Notes under the pieces: generated by a model
The model's input: the letters and a program-made list of their open reading frames with translations, nothing else
Database searches by the model: none
What the model was told of the DNA's origin: nothing
Translations under genes and position numbers: made by a program
NCBI RefSeq assembly: GCF_009914755.1
Contig: NC_060941.1
DNA: 64,000 bases
From: the human T2T-CHM13v2.0 reference genome, Homo sapiens
Direction: 5' to 3' (one strand)
In this document: positions 50,633-63,104 of the stretch, piece after piece
Layout: the number at the start of each line of letters is the position of its first letter
Position numbering within the stretch: the first letter of the stretch is position 1

Positions 50633-53600
50633 GGAGGGTGCTGAGACATTGTCCAGGCTTCCAATTTCCTCTAAGCTATAAAGCCCTCTCCCTCAGCTCT
50701 TTGAGGTGATGAGCACCTTCTCCCACCACCCCCAACTTTGGCTGGGGTGGGGTGGGATGAAAATATTTCAACTCAATTCTCGTCCTGGACTCTGTTTCTC
50801 TGGGTTTGGGGAACATAAATAAATGTTCCCAGGGGTACTGAGTGATCACTCCCATAGGTTGAGGGAGGCTGTTTAGATGAGACACTTTGCCCTAAAATCG
50901 GCCCCTCCAAATCAAAGTACAAAGACTTCATTTTCATTATGCAAAGGAGCGGCATCCTCTTTGATCTTTAGGGGAGTGAGCAGTAGTGCTGAACCCACTC
51001 TCCCGGTTTCCTACCCGCAGGTCCAGGGGACAACCTGAGGGCCCTGAAGTGTTTCAATACCATGTACCAGCTTGACTTCTCTACATGTCCTTTGGATTGC
51101 CCAAAAGCAAAATCTCAGAGGGGCCAAGGACCTTCTAGGGCTGGCTCCCTCAGGGCCTCCTATAGAGCAGCTCCTTGAGTCGGGCCTTATAGCCACCAGA
51201 AAGTCACCTCGCCGCAGGAAAGCTATAAAGAGCTGCTCCAGAGGCGCCGAAAGAGGGTGAGGGCTGCAGCCACAGTGTTTGTCCCCAGCACCACCAGGCC
51301 CCTTAACCTCGTCAGCTCCTCTAGCCCTCGGCCAGACTCTGGCAACACCTTGGTTTGCCTGGCACCGCAGGCAATTTCCTGGAACCCCACCCCCACCCAG
51401 GAACGGGGACCACAGCACCTTTAAAGGAACTGCCAGAGCTTCCTCCTACGGCTTGAAAGCCCAAGCTAATCAGTAACCCGTGAGACAGGGGCCAATATTC
51501 AAACGCTGCAGCAGAGGCGCATAGCCTAGCCCTGGCCACCCCCTCTTGGGAAGGAGGTCGAGTTAAGCCGGTGTGGAGGGTCCAACAGGAACGGAAATTA
51601 CGACGGTGTGGTTCCTTAAGGATTTGGCCCCAGTCCCACTACCAAATTTTTCCCAAATCATATTTAGGTAGACTTCGCTTGAAAAGATCGAGAATGGAGG
51701 AGGGGATCGGCACTCACTTGCAGACATCAACAGTTTCCAGAAAATTCGGTTCAATTCCTTCACCACGGACCCACCAACCAAGGAGCTGGCAAAACCCACT
51801 AACCAACCAGGAGAACACAGACCCGGTTTGTCTTTTGACAACCGAGTGGAACTGACGGGGCCGGCGCCTGCCCTGCGGGTCCCCTCCCTTGGCTGAGAAG
51901 AAAACCAAATAAACCTTGAACAGCCTTGGCTTCGGATGTCTCAAGCGGCCTCATCCTCTCCCGCGCCTTGGTGGGGTGGGGGTGGGGATGGCGGTGGGGG
52001 TGTCGGCTCTGATCCCTCCACCCTTTGATTCAGGGCCCCTGCCCGCTGGAAGCAGAATTAGACCTTTTTATATATGCCCTAGAGGAAGCCGCTTCCCTTG
52101 CCAGCCGCCAGGTTTGGGGCTAGGATGGGCGGGGACGGGGGCAGTGGGAAATTGGGGATGATGGGTGGAGGAGAGACTTCTGTTCTCTAACTCACACCGG
52201 GGAACCAAGATCTAGCTGAGAGCGTCGGTGTGGGCCCGAAATCCCCCGAATCCCGTGGACCCTGCGAGGCCGGGGCTCCAGGCGTCGGGCACCTCTGGAC
52301 AGTGTCGCGGGGCTTGCGGCGCCGAAGCCGCGTGTCTCCGAACGGACGGTAGATGGCAGCAGACCGCATAATTTGGGTCACAGCGAACTGTCTAAGGGAG
52401 GATTTATAACCCTCCAAGACTACAGGAGAAAAAGACCTTTAGTATGGGTGGGTTTGGGAAATTTTTCCCTTGAGAATAGTCCCCGAGTGCCGTGGGTGCT
52501 GGCGGAGAACTCTAGCTACGAAGCCCAGCGGTCCCTCCAGGCGCCCAGGCCGGGCCTGAACCTAGGGCATCTACCTGGGGCCACAGAGCCGCCTCTTCCG
52601 CGCCACAAGTGGCAGCGTCGTCCCTCTCCTAGCTTAGGACTGAGATAATAAATATATCCCCACTTCCAAAACGCCCCAGACCCTGTAACTCCGGGGCAAC
52701 CAGAGGCCCGAGGCTGAATGTCCTGCATCTGGTCTTAAGAAAGAGAAAAGCAATCACATGTTCGTGCAAACCAGACTAAAAATCACAATTTCTCCTGCCC
52801 TCCACAGCCAACATCACTTATCTCTTGGCTGGAAGCTTCCCCAGAAGCTCCCTTACCCCATTTTTAAGTCCTTGCCTCAAGGCTGGCACCTACTTCCACC
52901 CCACGAGCTACTTTAGGAATCTCTGTCACCTGCCCAATGTTCTCCGCCCTCCCCACCCCCTAGAAGGCCTGACTGAGGGATAAAATTGGACACCCGAGGG
53001 ACGGGACTGTCTGAGCTCAGTGCCAGTTAGCTTTTCAGTTTAGACGCCGCTAGGTCCCATAATTGGATTTTCTTTTTATTTTCTTCTTTCATTTCTTTCT
53101 CTTTTATTTTTATTTACAAGCCTAAAACAAAAAGGCACTTAACAGCTTCTTCACAATCACCATGTCTGGACCCAGGAAAGTTTGAAATGTTATCATATCA
53201 GACACACACATGGCAATTTTTTCCTCCACCGAAATCCACACATCCCATACCAATACAACGCAAGTAATAGAATCAGTATCACGCAGAAACCAACAGCTGT
53301 AACCTACCGCATTAAAACCACAAAACTGTCTCCCTGTAGAGCGAGGCTCCCTCCTGCGGGAGTGGCGAGATACTTGGGCATTCTCGGGCAGGCTTCCTGG
53401 TGAGGGGGGAGTCTCCCTCATTTTTGGTGTTTCCACCCACAGCCCTTTAATTTCAAAAATGTCTCCGAAGGGAGATAGTAAACATTTCTCTGTAAATTGT
53501 CTTTTCTGTGTTTCTCTAGCCGTTTCCTCTCCCTCGCCGGCCTCGGCGGAGATTCCAGGCCCTATAGAAACCAGGACGTCCCTTAGCGCCACCGCCTCAC

Positions 53601-53639
53601 ATGCCAGTGCTGCCGGGAACCCAGCGATATCCGCACCAG
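53601..53639 (+). CDS. HOXB-AS3: HOXB-AS3 53-aa micropeptide, first coding segment (exon about 53520-53639)
   Basis: ATG CCA GTG...CAC CAG = MPVLPGTQRYPHQ; upstream acceptor tttctctag|; ends at GC donor CAG|gcaag. Confidence 0.85.
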
Positions 53640-54072
53640 GCAAGAGAACTGCGCTGGGGCAATAGCCAGAGGCCGAGACAAGGGAGGGATGGCAGGAGGG
53701 GGAGGGGCAAGCCCGCGGAGGCCAGAACCACTGGCTTCTTTGGGTGCCACTGAAGCCCAGATACCCCCCATCCTCTCTTTCGCACCCCCCTTGCTTGAGT
53801 CTCTCCTCCAAGCTTAAAAAGGCGACTTAGAGCTGGTCTCCTGGCCCTCTTTTGATTCCTCTTCCCGCTTTCCCTGCCTTGGCTCCCCCTCCAGGAAGCA
53901 GCCACCCATATCTCCACCACTGAATTTCCTGGGAAGCTTCTCCCTGCAGCGCCCAGAGGTGGGGTTCAGCCCCGTCTTGGAACGGGGGAGGAGGGAGAAA
54001 AACCCAAGCCCCACCCCCACCCTACAAAAGCGATGCAAAAGAACAAGAAGAAAATTGTAGAATCTCCCTTAC

Positions 54073-54730
54073 CTTTGCAGACCTTGGGATTTTTTCCCCC
54101 TCCGGATTTAAAGGAATGGGTGGGGAGGAAGGAAGGAGTATTCAGTTTCTTCTTCAGCTTCCAGATAATATTGTCCCAACGTGAGAGCCGTTGCTTCCCC
54201 TTCTCTGACTTGGGAGAGAGGGTGTTTCATTTTTCTGACATTTGCATAGAAAATGGAGTAAGTTCTGGCTTTGAAAAATAGTATCGGGCTGCAGTCCTGG
54301 GCAGATTGTCCATTTACCCTCCATGGTGACTAAAATCCCAGATCAGTGAGCAAATTAACTTAGGAATCAAAATTATTTTTGGTTCTCTCTTTGTGTAATT
54401 CCCACCCCTCCTTCTCTCCCTCTCCCTCTCGCGCTCTCTCTCTTTTCTCCTCACCCCCCTCTCTCGTCCTCTCTCTCTTTTGCTCTATCGAGCTGATACT
54501 GAAGTACAAAAATATCAAGAGGCTGGAGCCCTGAAGGACGACAGTGCTCCGACCTAGGTGTGGTGTCCAAAAGAATGCTGCATTATAACCACCAGGGAAA
54601 TGATAAAAAGTTCATGTTCACGATCGCCCGGCCACATGACCGGCGCCGGCCAATCGCTGGATTCAACCACTCATAAACTTCTATCACAAAGTTGTAAATT
54701 TTCATAAAACAACAAGGAATTTATTGCATT
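54073..54730 (-). promoter_or_regulatory. Probable distal HOXB6 promoter/leader region
   Basis: Minus donor AAG|gtaagg at 54073; CACATG (54633-54638), CCAAT (54650-54654) and clustered CATAAA/GTAAA Hox/Cdx sites; a candidate acceptor at 47820 precedes the HOXB6 ATG. Confidence 0.5.
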
Positions 54731-55724
54731 TCTTCATGGCTGCTCCACCAGCAACCCTTTTCTCAGTCGCCATCTTCTTTTCTTCTCCTTCTCTCTTTTT
54801 GGGGAAACCCCAATCTGAGAAGGGGTGAGATTTGGGGGGGCAGGAAATCAGAGTGCAAAAACCATAACGGTACAGCTGGGAAGGGGGTTCTTTTCCGAAC
54901 CTCCCCACTCTCCACAGGAGCTCTGCTCCCTCTTCTAGTAAAGGTCTACCCCAAATCCTCTGCATAGGGACTGTTCTGAGACAATTTTGGGGTGAGGCAG
55001 GAGCAGGAAACGGTGTCTAGAGTTGCCACCTGCATAAGGGCAAAATGAAAGCTTCAGTGTCCCCTCTCCCCCTCTGAACTGGCCCCCTCATTCCTAGCCC
55101 TGTAGACAGCAGGACCCCCACCTGTGAGGCTTGCAGCATTGCAGGCGTGGGGGCCTTAGATTCCCTAGGGCTTAGTTTTTGCCCCAGGAGGAAAAGTGGC
55201 CTGGATGGGGGCCAAGGCAGATAGTCTGACAACCTGATTCTCGCCTCCGGAACCCAGAAACTGGGGGAGGGTAAAGCCGGATCCTGGCTTCTCCCGCCCA
55301 AATGCAGGCAAGTCCAGGTTTCCTATGACAGCTCCATGCGCTCTCCAGGGCGTTACGTGGTCATTAATGGGGGAAACTGCAGGTTTAAAAGCATTTTACA
55401 TACAAATTCAAATTCAACAGATTATCCTAAAACCAACCCTCTTCCCTCTTTCTATCCAAAGTCTGTTTAAATTTAAACAATCCAGAGTTTATAATCGAAT
55501 AAATGCTAAAAATCAATTCAGCGGGTCTAGCCGCATAGACACCATCCTCCAAGTTTTGGTCCTGCAATCAGCGGATGTTTGGAAGCAAAAAATAAAATAA
55601 AAATTCAGCCCAGGTTTTTCAGGTCCCCTGAAATAACCCCGTATTTCAAGTTGACCTACCAATGCCCGAATTCTGGAAACGAAATAACCTCCCCCAACAT
55701 TTTCCCCCCTCTCTCTCTGTGCAG

Positions 55725-55847
55725 CGGAGAAGGTTCCAGGCTGCCGGCGGCGGCGCAGAGAGCGGGAAGAGAGGCTCGGAGGAAGCCCCGGGCGTGGCGT
55801 GGTCAGGCTCCGAGAGCGGCCGGGATGCGGCCACACCGGCCTGGTAA
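55725..55847 (+). CDS. HOXB-AS3: HOXB-AS3 micropeptide, second coding segment (terminal exon; AATAAA at 55967 and 55977)
   Basis: Acceptor ctctctctgtgcag|CGG AGA; RRRFQAAGGGAESGKRGSEEAPGVAWSGSESGRDAATPAW*; 13+40 = 53 aa, matching the recalled peptide. Confidence 0.85.
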   Translation, partial: RRRFQAAGGGAESGKRGSEEAPGVAWSGSESGRDAATPAW

Positions 55848-56359
55848 ACTCGCACCTCTTAGGATCTTGCTCCCGGACTCATTCCCTTCCCCACCCCCTA
55901 TTTTAAAGTTTTATTTGGGTCGTCTGTATCAATTTAGAACGAGATAAATTAAGACAAAGAAAGTAAAATAAATCGAAATAAAATATAGGAATAGCTCTTG
56001 GCGAAAATGTTTGCCGTGCGAGCAGGAAGCCGTGAGCGCCCTAGTTGGAGGCTGCTCTGCGCCGACTGAGAGGCCTCTACTCCCAGGCCTGGCCTCTACG
56101 CAACGCCACCCAAGAAGCCAGAGTGAATTTGGGTGTTCATTTTCCCTTTCCTTCCGCTCTTCCTTCATGTGGGGCCTAGCAGCTTGGATTTCAGCTCCGT
56201 CTTTGTGCCTGGGCTGCAGCCCAGATCCAGATCCCGCAGCTTGGTTTCCAGGCCTGAATGAGGACGCGGGTTTGTGAAACTGTGAGGTTTTTGTTTTGTT
56301 GTTTTGTGAGCTTGTGTGACTAAGCATGTGGGCTTCTGAGTGCGTTTACTTGGGGGCAA

Positions 56360-56645
56360 ATGTGAATCTGTGTTTATAAGCCAATGTGTGAATGTACGTT
56401 GGTATCAATGTGTCTGTGAGTGTGAATGTGTGTTTACTTGTGAGCGTGTGTGAACATGAATGCCTATGTTCTGGGCGTGAAGCTGGTATTACGTGAATGC
56501 CTGTATGTTTGTTAACATATGGGTATGAGTGTCTCTTTGTGACTGTGACAGTGTGTATGTTTGATGTCAGCCTGTAAACACATGTGACTGTGTGCATCAT
56601 GTATGTCAATGGGTGTAAAAGGGTGTAAAGGGAATGCATGAGTGC
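56360..56645. repeat. Degenerate TG-rich low-complexity tract
   Basis: tgtgtg/tgaatg/tatg-rich sequence. Confidence 0.75.
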
Positions 56646-56824
56646 AATATCGGGGTTCACTACTTGGCAGCCCCCCAGAGCAGGAGGCACCAAGAAAAAG
56701 AACAAACTCAGCACAGAAATGAAGCTGCATCAGAAGTCAGAGCCAAGGAGCTCTGGGATGCCCACTCATCTCTAACCCTGAACCCCTTCCCAGCTTTAGG
56801 AAGACACAGAAAATAGGGCATCTG

Positions 56825-56847
56825 TTTATTTTTAATTGCGTTTTATT
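56825..56847 (-). terminator. HOXB7: HOXB7 tandem polyadenylation signals
   Basis: Two AATAAA on minus strand (56825-56830, 56842-56847). Confidence 0.7.
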
Positions 56848-57434
56848 TTTCCATCCTTTAGATACACACAGAATGTAAAAGGGAGCATGGGGCTGGGGGA
56901 CGGGAAGCAAGAAGCAGCAGCCAGGCGCTTGGGGAACACGCGAGTGGTAGGTTTTGGGGCTCCCTAAGGCCCCTTGGTGCCGCTGCTGGGAAGGCGGAGG
57001 CTCAGGAGGGCAGGCAACCACAGGGTTAGTCCAGACCCACAGTCCACAAAGACAGCATTAAAGAGGGCTTACAAAACTGCAAGATTTTACAAAGACCTTA
57101 CAATAGCAACATAGAAAAGGGGAGGTAAATTCCAGAAAGCTACAGAACAGGTAGATAATATCCTTTTCATATTGTACAAAAAAACCAAACCTGACAGACT
57201 TTCCTATAGGTAGTATTTTTTCAGTGTTGAAAAACCAAAATTTCTCCTTTCTCCCTCCTTAAAAAATGTTTTTAAACTCCTTTCATTTAAATAGGGTTTT
57301 TTTTTTGTTTTTTTTGTTTTTTGTTTTGTTTTTTTACTTCCCTATTCGATTTGAGTTTCCTGATTCAGTTCCCAGAGCTGGGCTTCTCTTCCTCTCCCTT
57401 TCTCATGTCTCTTCCTCTGCCCTTTCTCCATCCC

Positions 57435-57701
<267 letters not shown>

Positions 57702-57733
57702 TCAGAGGAAAATCAGTGAGTAAAGAAAACGCC

Positions 57734-58041
57734 GGCCGGGCGCGGTGGGCTCAAACCTGTAATCCCAGCACTTTGGGAGACCGAGGCGGGCGGATCACGA
57801 GGTCAGGAGATCGAGACCAACCTGGCTAACACAGTGAAACCCCGTCTCTACTAAAAATACAAAAAAATTAGCTGGGCGTGGTGGCGGGCGCCTGTAGTCC
57901 CAACTACTCAGGAGGCTGAGGCAGAAGAATGGCGTGAACCCGGGAGGCAGAGCTTGCAGTGAGCCGAGATTGCGCCACTGCACTCCAGTCTGGGCGACAA
58001 AGTGAGACTCCGTCTCAAAAAAAAAAAAAAAAAAAAAAAAA
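57734..58041 (+). mobile_element. Full-length AluY in the HOXB7 intron, antisense to HOXB7
   Basis: ggccgggcgcggtgg start, gagatcgagacc/ggctaacac/gaatggcgtgaacc diagnostics, about 25-nt A tail, TSD aaagaaaacgcc / aaaggaaacgcc. Confidence 0.95.
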
Positions 58042-60113
58042 GGAAACGCCAAGAGAGTGGCCACCTCCCTCTTATACCGTGTATGTGATTTGAAGTCAAT
58101 GGGCGATGGGCAAAGAAGCCCATTTTCCCACTAAACCAAATTCTGGCTTTTCATACCCCAGCCCTTACTCCAGCTGCAAACTCCCCTAATTGCTGAACTT
58201 TCTACAGGCTTCTCAAAGCAAACATTCCCATTTTTCATCCAAGAAGTCTTTTTTAGCCTGGAGCTTCTGAACCCAGGAAAGTAATCTGCTGGCTCTTAAA
58301 GGCTCTGCACCTAAGGGGTGCAAGTGGGATGAGGGGAGGTTAATCCTCCTTTCACTCTCTGGGGTCAAGGACCCTAAACCCCCTTTTCTGAATGCTGATC
58401 TGATGGTCTTTCCAGTAGAGACCAAGAGAAACCATGCAAGTGACCCTGGAGTGGGGCGCCAGGCCTAGCTTAAGAACGTTTCCCAAGAAGAAAAGGAGAC
58501 AAAGGGGCCTCAAAGGCCCAGTCCCCCCAACTCATCCCCAGCATGTTGTGGAATGAGAAGGTAAGAATTTGCAGATTTCCTTGGAGCAAAGAGTTGGTCT
58601 GACAGCAGTGACCCTCTGATGATTCTTTTCCAGTGAGTGGCTAAGCTTCAGCCAGGGCCAGGCTGTCCTGCTTGCCTGCTTGCCTAGACAGCCCAGCTCT
58701 CTAAAGCAATCCTTGGGCCTCCAGGAATGCACAGGGGAAAAGGAGAGACAGCAGCCTGGGATAGGATGGAACATGGAGTATCTGGGTGGTGGGGACTGAA
58801 GGGTAGAGGGGAACTTCTGCATTAGGACCAGAACCTGAGGAGACTTTAAAGAGGTGCTGATGTCAGCCCTCCTGGGAAGGAGACAAGGGAGGAGGGGCTA
58901 GGGGCCCTAGTTTCAAGTCAGATAAAAGCCAAGCTGAAATGCTGATGAGCAGAAAAAATGGGGCTTTGATAAATCAACTGGAAAGGCAGTTAAACTATGG
59001 AGCAGGTAATGGGACCTATAACCACTAATACTGATGGTATGAGAGCTGGGCTGCTTCTGGCCCCTGACCATCGCTGGGTTGGGTGCCTCTGACCATGAGT
59101 CTTGGGTCTTCTGGACTTTGGGGCTAGCCCCTAAGTTCGTCTGCTTTGGAACAGTGCAGAAAAGGATGTCTGGGTCAGACTCGGCAGGGACCCCATGGAA
59201 CCTCAGCCTCTTGGGGTTCTGCAGCAGCTGGCTAGGTGAACTGCACTCTCTAATTTTTGAATTGGCTCCAGAGAGTCCTAGCCCCTCCCCCAAGAAAAGG
59301 GTCACTTATCTGGAATGACACCTCCAAACTTGGCCAGTTCTTTAGGGGTTCCTAGGAGCCCTAGGAAGAGCACCTCAGGAAGCCAGCTGCACTCCCATGA
59401 AGCCTCTGCCCCTTTCTAGTTCTCCTGTTCCACTCCCCCACCCAGGTTCACTGGGATCAGGAGGATCATCTCCTTTGGCCTCAGCCCCCTCCCTCCACCT
59501 GCCTCTCTAGCTCTGTGTCCCTGGCTGGGTCCTTTTCTCCTCCCGCCAGGCCTCTAGAGCCCACCTCTAATTGTCCTGATGGGAATAATGGGGGAGCGGG
59601 GTTGGCTGGAGAGGAAGGGGGAGGGGAGAATTGCTTAGCGCTATGGCCCCCTCCCCCATACCTTATCCGAGCTGGGGCAGGGGGACACACCCAGGGCTGA
59701 GATCCTTAGCTGGGAAGGGGGGAGAAGGGGGAGACCCTAATGGCTATTCTCTGCAAACACCGGCCTTCCTCCGCAAGACAAACGGCCTCGTCTCCAGCCC
59801 GTGCCGGCGCTGCTGATAAATATTTAAAGCTAAAAGGCCGAGAGGAAGGGTGGGGGCGGGCTGGGGGCTCGCAGCGCCGTGGTGCCGGCGAAGAGAGATC
59901 CGCCGGGAAGCAGAGCGAGCCTGAGAGCACCGAGCAAATATGGGGGCGGGGATGGCCTGCTGGGTCGCGGCCCAGTGGGTGCAGCCTTCCAGGGCCGACC
60001 TCCGGCTGGGAGCACTCTGGACGCGGAAAGGGGCGCCCAGCCGGGAAGGAGGCGCCTTCAGGGTAATGTGCCCCGGCCCCTGGGGCTCAGGACAGCTCGG
60101 TGCGCGGCGTTAC

Positions 60114-60513
60114 CTGAGCTTCGCATCCAGGGGTAGATCCGGAAGTTACTCTCGGCCGCCAAGTCCGAGTCCCTCTGCTCCTTGGCGCCCGCCGCCTTGG
60201 CGGAGTCGCCGGGACACACCCCGGAGAGGTTCTGCTCAAAGGGCGCGCAGTGCATGTTGAAGGAACTCGGCTCGAGCCCATAGCCGGCCGCGTAGACGCC
60301 GGCCGCGCTCTGGCCCGCCATGCCCCCCCCGCCGGGGTACAAGCCCTGCATCGAGGCGGCGAAGGAAGCGCCCGAACCCGCTCCATAGCCCGGGCGCTGG
60401 GGGTTGGAAGCAAACGCACAAGAAGTTTGTTCTGGGAAGGCTCCGGTAGCGAAAACCGAACTTGAGGCTGGATATTTAGAAAATAAAGCATTCGCATAAT
60501 ACAATGAACTCAT
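60114..60513 (-). CDS. HOXB7: HOXB7 exon 1 (400 nt)
   Basis: [14 protein letters not shown]...[11 protein letters not shown]; donor TCAG|gtaacg. Confidence 0.99.
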
Positions 60514-60635
60514 AATTTGGCCGGATGATTTGTAGGCAGGGACGTTTTAGTGTCGGTTTTACGAGATTCCTTGATATATTACAGAATTAGAGTCCAGATT
60601 TACACCAAAAAGGACCCCCTTTTTCCTCTCCGGAC

Positions 60636-60672
60636 CACGTGACCCCGCCCACGTGACGTCCCCTCCGCCAAT
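60636..60672. promoter_or_regulatory. HOXB7 promoter: two E-boxes, GC box, CRE-like motif and CCAAT
   Basis: CACGTG at 60636 and 60650, ccccgccc, TGACGTC at 60654, CCAAT at 60668. Confidence 0.75.
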
Positions 60673-61960
60673 GGCCGGGCCGTCTCCCCACGGCTCCCGG
60701 TAATGTGGAAAAAATTGTGTGGCGTTGGATTTATAAAATATGATCAATAATGAATGGGAAAGCCGAGCCCTGTGGATTGGGGCTGGGGGCTCAAGGGCCG
60801 CTGCCGACTCCCGCGGGCTGGAGGCCGCTTGCAGGCGAGATTTGGGGAGGAAGAGATTGAGTGGAAGGGAAAATAAATAACCTCGGGGCGATCCGTGTCA
60901 CCCTCCACCCATCCTCTTCAGCCCGTTACCGAGCGAGAGACAAACGCAGGGATTGAATGCACGCAACTGGGTGGGTGGGTGCTTGGGGCAGGTCTGTTCT
61001 TTATTAAACCAGGCCAATTCTGCACGGCAAGGCCTTTTGGGGAAGTTGGTCCGGTTCTCCCAAGACGAGGAATGAGGCGAGCCTGGCTCACGACTCTGTC
61101 TCTCTTGGTGCCCCAGATATGCGGGCGGAGATGGAGCAAGTCTTCCTAGGTGCTCCTAGGGCACAGGATCCAGCCCACGGGCCTTGGACGCTGCCGTTTC
61201 TGGTGGCAAAAAAAAAAAGAAAGAAAGAAAGAAAAAGAAAAAAAAAGGTTTGAAAGTAAAAGAAAAAGGGGGTTGGGAGGGTGGGGAGAGAAAGGAAGGG
61301 TGGAGGTTGGCCCGGGCGCGCTGCTCTCCCGGTTCCCGGAGGCGGATGCCTCAGTGGAGCGTGACTACCAGAGAAGCAGAGGCAGCGAAGGAAGGAAGGC
61401 AGAGAGCCATGGCCTCAGAACAGAGCGAAGGTGGCCAAGTCCCTGAGAGGGAGAGGCAGGGAAGAGCGGTCTCCCTTCTCCTCCTGCTCCCCCAACAACA
61501 ACAGTCCGAGGGAAAAAAAGTATGCTCAGCAGGCCTGCACTCCACCTTTATGCCTGCCCCCCACCCCACCTCCCGACACACATCTTGGGAGGACACACAG
61601 CAAAACAAAGAGGGAGGTGGCGGGGGACACAGCCACCAGCCCAGCCGCAGGTCTCCAGCGTGGCCTGGGCGCCCTGGCCTCCCTGGCCGGGCAGCCTCGG
61701 AACGCGAGAGGAGGGGGTTTCTCTTGGCTCCCCTCCCTCGTTTTTCTCTCCTCCAATCAGGCTCAGCCGCCTCCCTCACCCCCAGCGCCCCTGGGCCGAG
61801 GGACTCGCACCACCTGCCTCCAGCCCCCGCCCCCTCCTCTCTGCAGCCTAGCCTCAGCAGGCGCAGGAGCCCGGTGACAGGCTCCCCACCGGCTCTGCAA
61901 GGCACCCGGGAGCAAATGAGGAGCGCTGGCCGGGCCAGTCTCGGGTTCTCGCTTGTAAAC

Positions 61961-61966
61961 TTTATT
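61961..61966 (-). terminator. HOXB8: HOXB8 polyadenylation signal
   Basis: AATAAA on minus strand, about 830 nt after the stop. Confidence 0.65.
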
Positions 61967-62364
61967 GTAACTCTTCCGCCCTTTTCAGGCGCAGACAACA
62001 GAACAAAGTATAGAGGAACAACAAAATATATAATTAGCCCTCCCTCCCCCCCATAAAGCAATTCACGGATACAGAATACATTCTCTTCACAGTAAACCTA
62101 AGAACACTTGTAACAATTGCCCACAGCGCGCATGCTAACTAAAGTAACCTCTTTTGAGAAACACTTAAGACAAAATTGTCAAACCAAAGGGGGTGGGTGG
62201 AGGAGGAAAAGAGAGAAGCCAGAGAGAAAGCCAGCGAGCTGGGGGGTTGCAGAGGGGAGAGAGGATTGGGAGGGGAAATGAGGACGCAGCGAGAGAGAGC
62301 GAGAGCGAGAGCGAGCGAGCGAGAGAGAGAGAGAGAAGGGAGACAGAAAGAATTACGGCGTGAA

Positions 62365-62386
62365 TAGGCAGTTTCATGTTGTTGGG
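62365..62386 (-). promoter_or_regulatory. Near-perfect miR-196 target site in the HOXB8 3'UTR
   Basis: Plus strand taggcagtttcatgttgttggg matches miR-196a UAGGUAGUUUCAUGUUGUUGGG at 21/22 positions; the difference is a G:U wobble at position 5. Confidence 0.95.
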
Positions 62387-62796
62387 AGAACTTAGCAGAA
62401 ATCGGTACCTTGGTCATTACAAAGAAGCACGTTCAAAGGAAAAAAAAGACAATTGCACAAGGAGGCTTTTTACACGGGGAGGGGAGGGGCATGGGGGGCT
62501 CAGCCGGGCCTTTGCCGCTCGCCCTCACAGGGCGAGGGAGCCTTTGCTTAAATCCTTTTCTTTCCCCCCGGCCCCCAAGAGAAGGGAAGGAGATCCACGG
62601 TAGCTCACACACAGAAGCTATTACGAGATACTACCACTAGCGGGGACTGGCGCGGCGGGGGACGCTGCGGTGGGAGGCCCGGCTCCTGGCCCCGCTAGCG
62701 GGGCCAGAGCTCTCTCGGGCAGGGGCGCGCGGCGGCGGCGCGGCCGGGACCCGCGGACGTGCGGGCGGCCGCGGCCCTGGCAGTCCCAGCTGAAGC

Positions 62797-63104
62797 CTAC
62801 TTCTTGTCGCCCTTCTGCGCGTCGCCCTCGTCCGCCGCCTCTGGGGCCCGCTCCAGCTTCTGTTTCTCCAGCTCCTCCTGCTCGCATTTGCTGCTGGGGA
62901 ACTTGTCTTTGTTGTTCTCTTTTTTCCACTTCATCCTCCGGTTCTGGAACCAGATTTTGACCTGTCTCTCTGTCAGTCCCAGGGCGTGCGATACCTCGAT
63001 TCGCCGCTTACGAGTCAGATAGGGATTAAATAGGAACTCCTTCTCCAGCTCCAGGGTCTGGTAGCGGCTGTAGGTCTGTCGGCCTCGCCTGCGTCCGGCG
63101 GCTG
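62797..63104 (-). CDS. HOXB8: HOXB8 exon 2 (homeodomain)
   Basis: Acceptor ttcccag|CA GCC; [73 protein letters not shown]...GDKK*. Confidence 0.98.

Noticed and set aside
61184-62061. Overlapping 290-aa (+) and 236-aa (-) ORFs between HOXB7 and HOXB8
   Set aside because: Non-ATG starts, GC-rich composition, no recognisable homology
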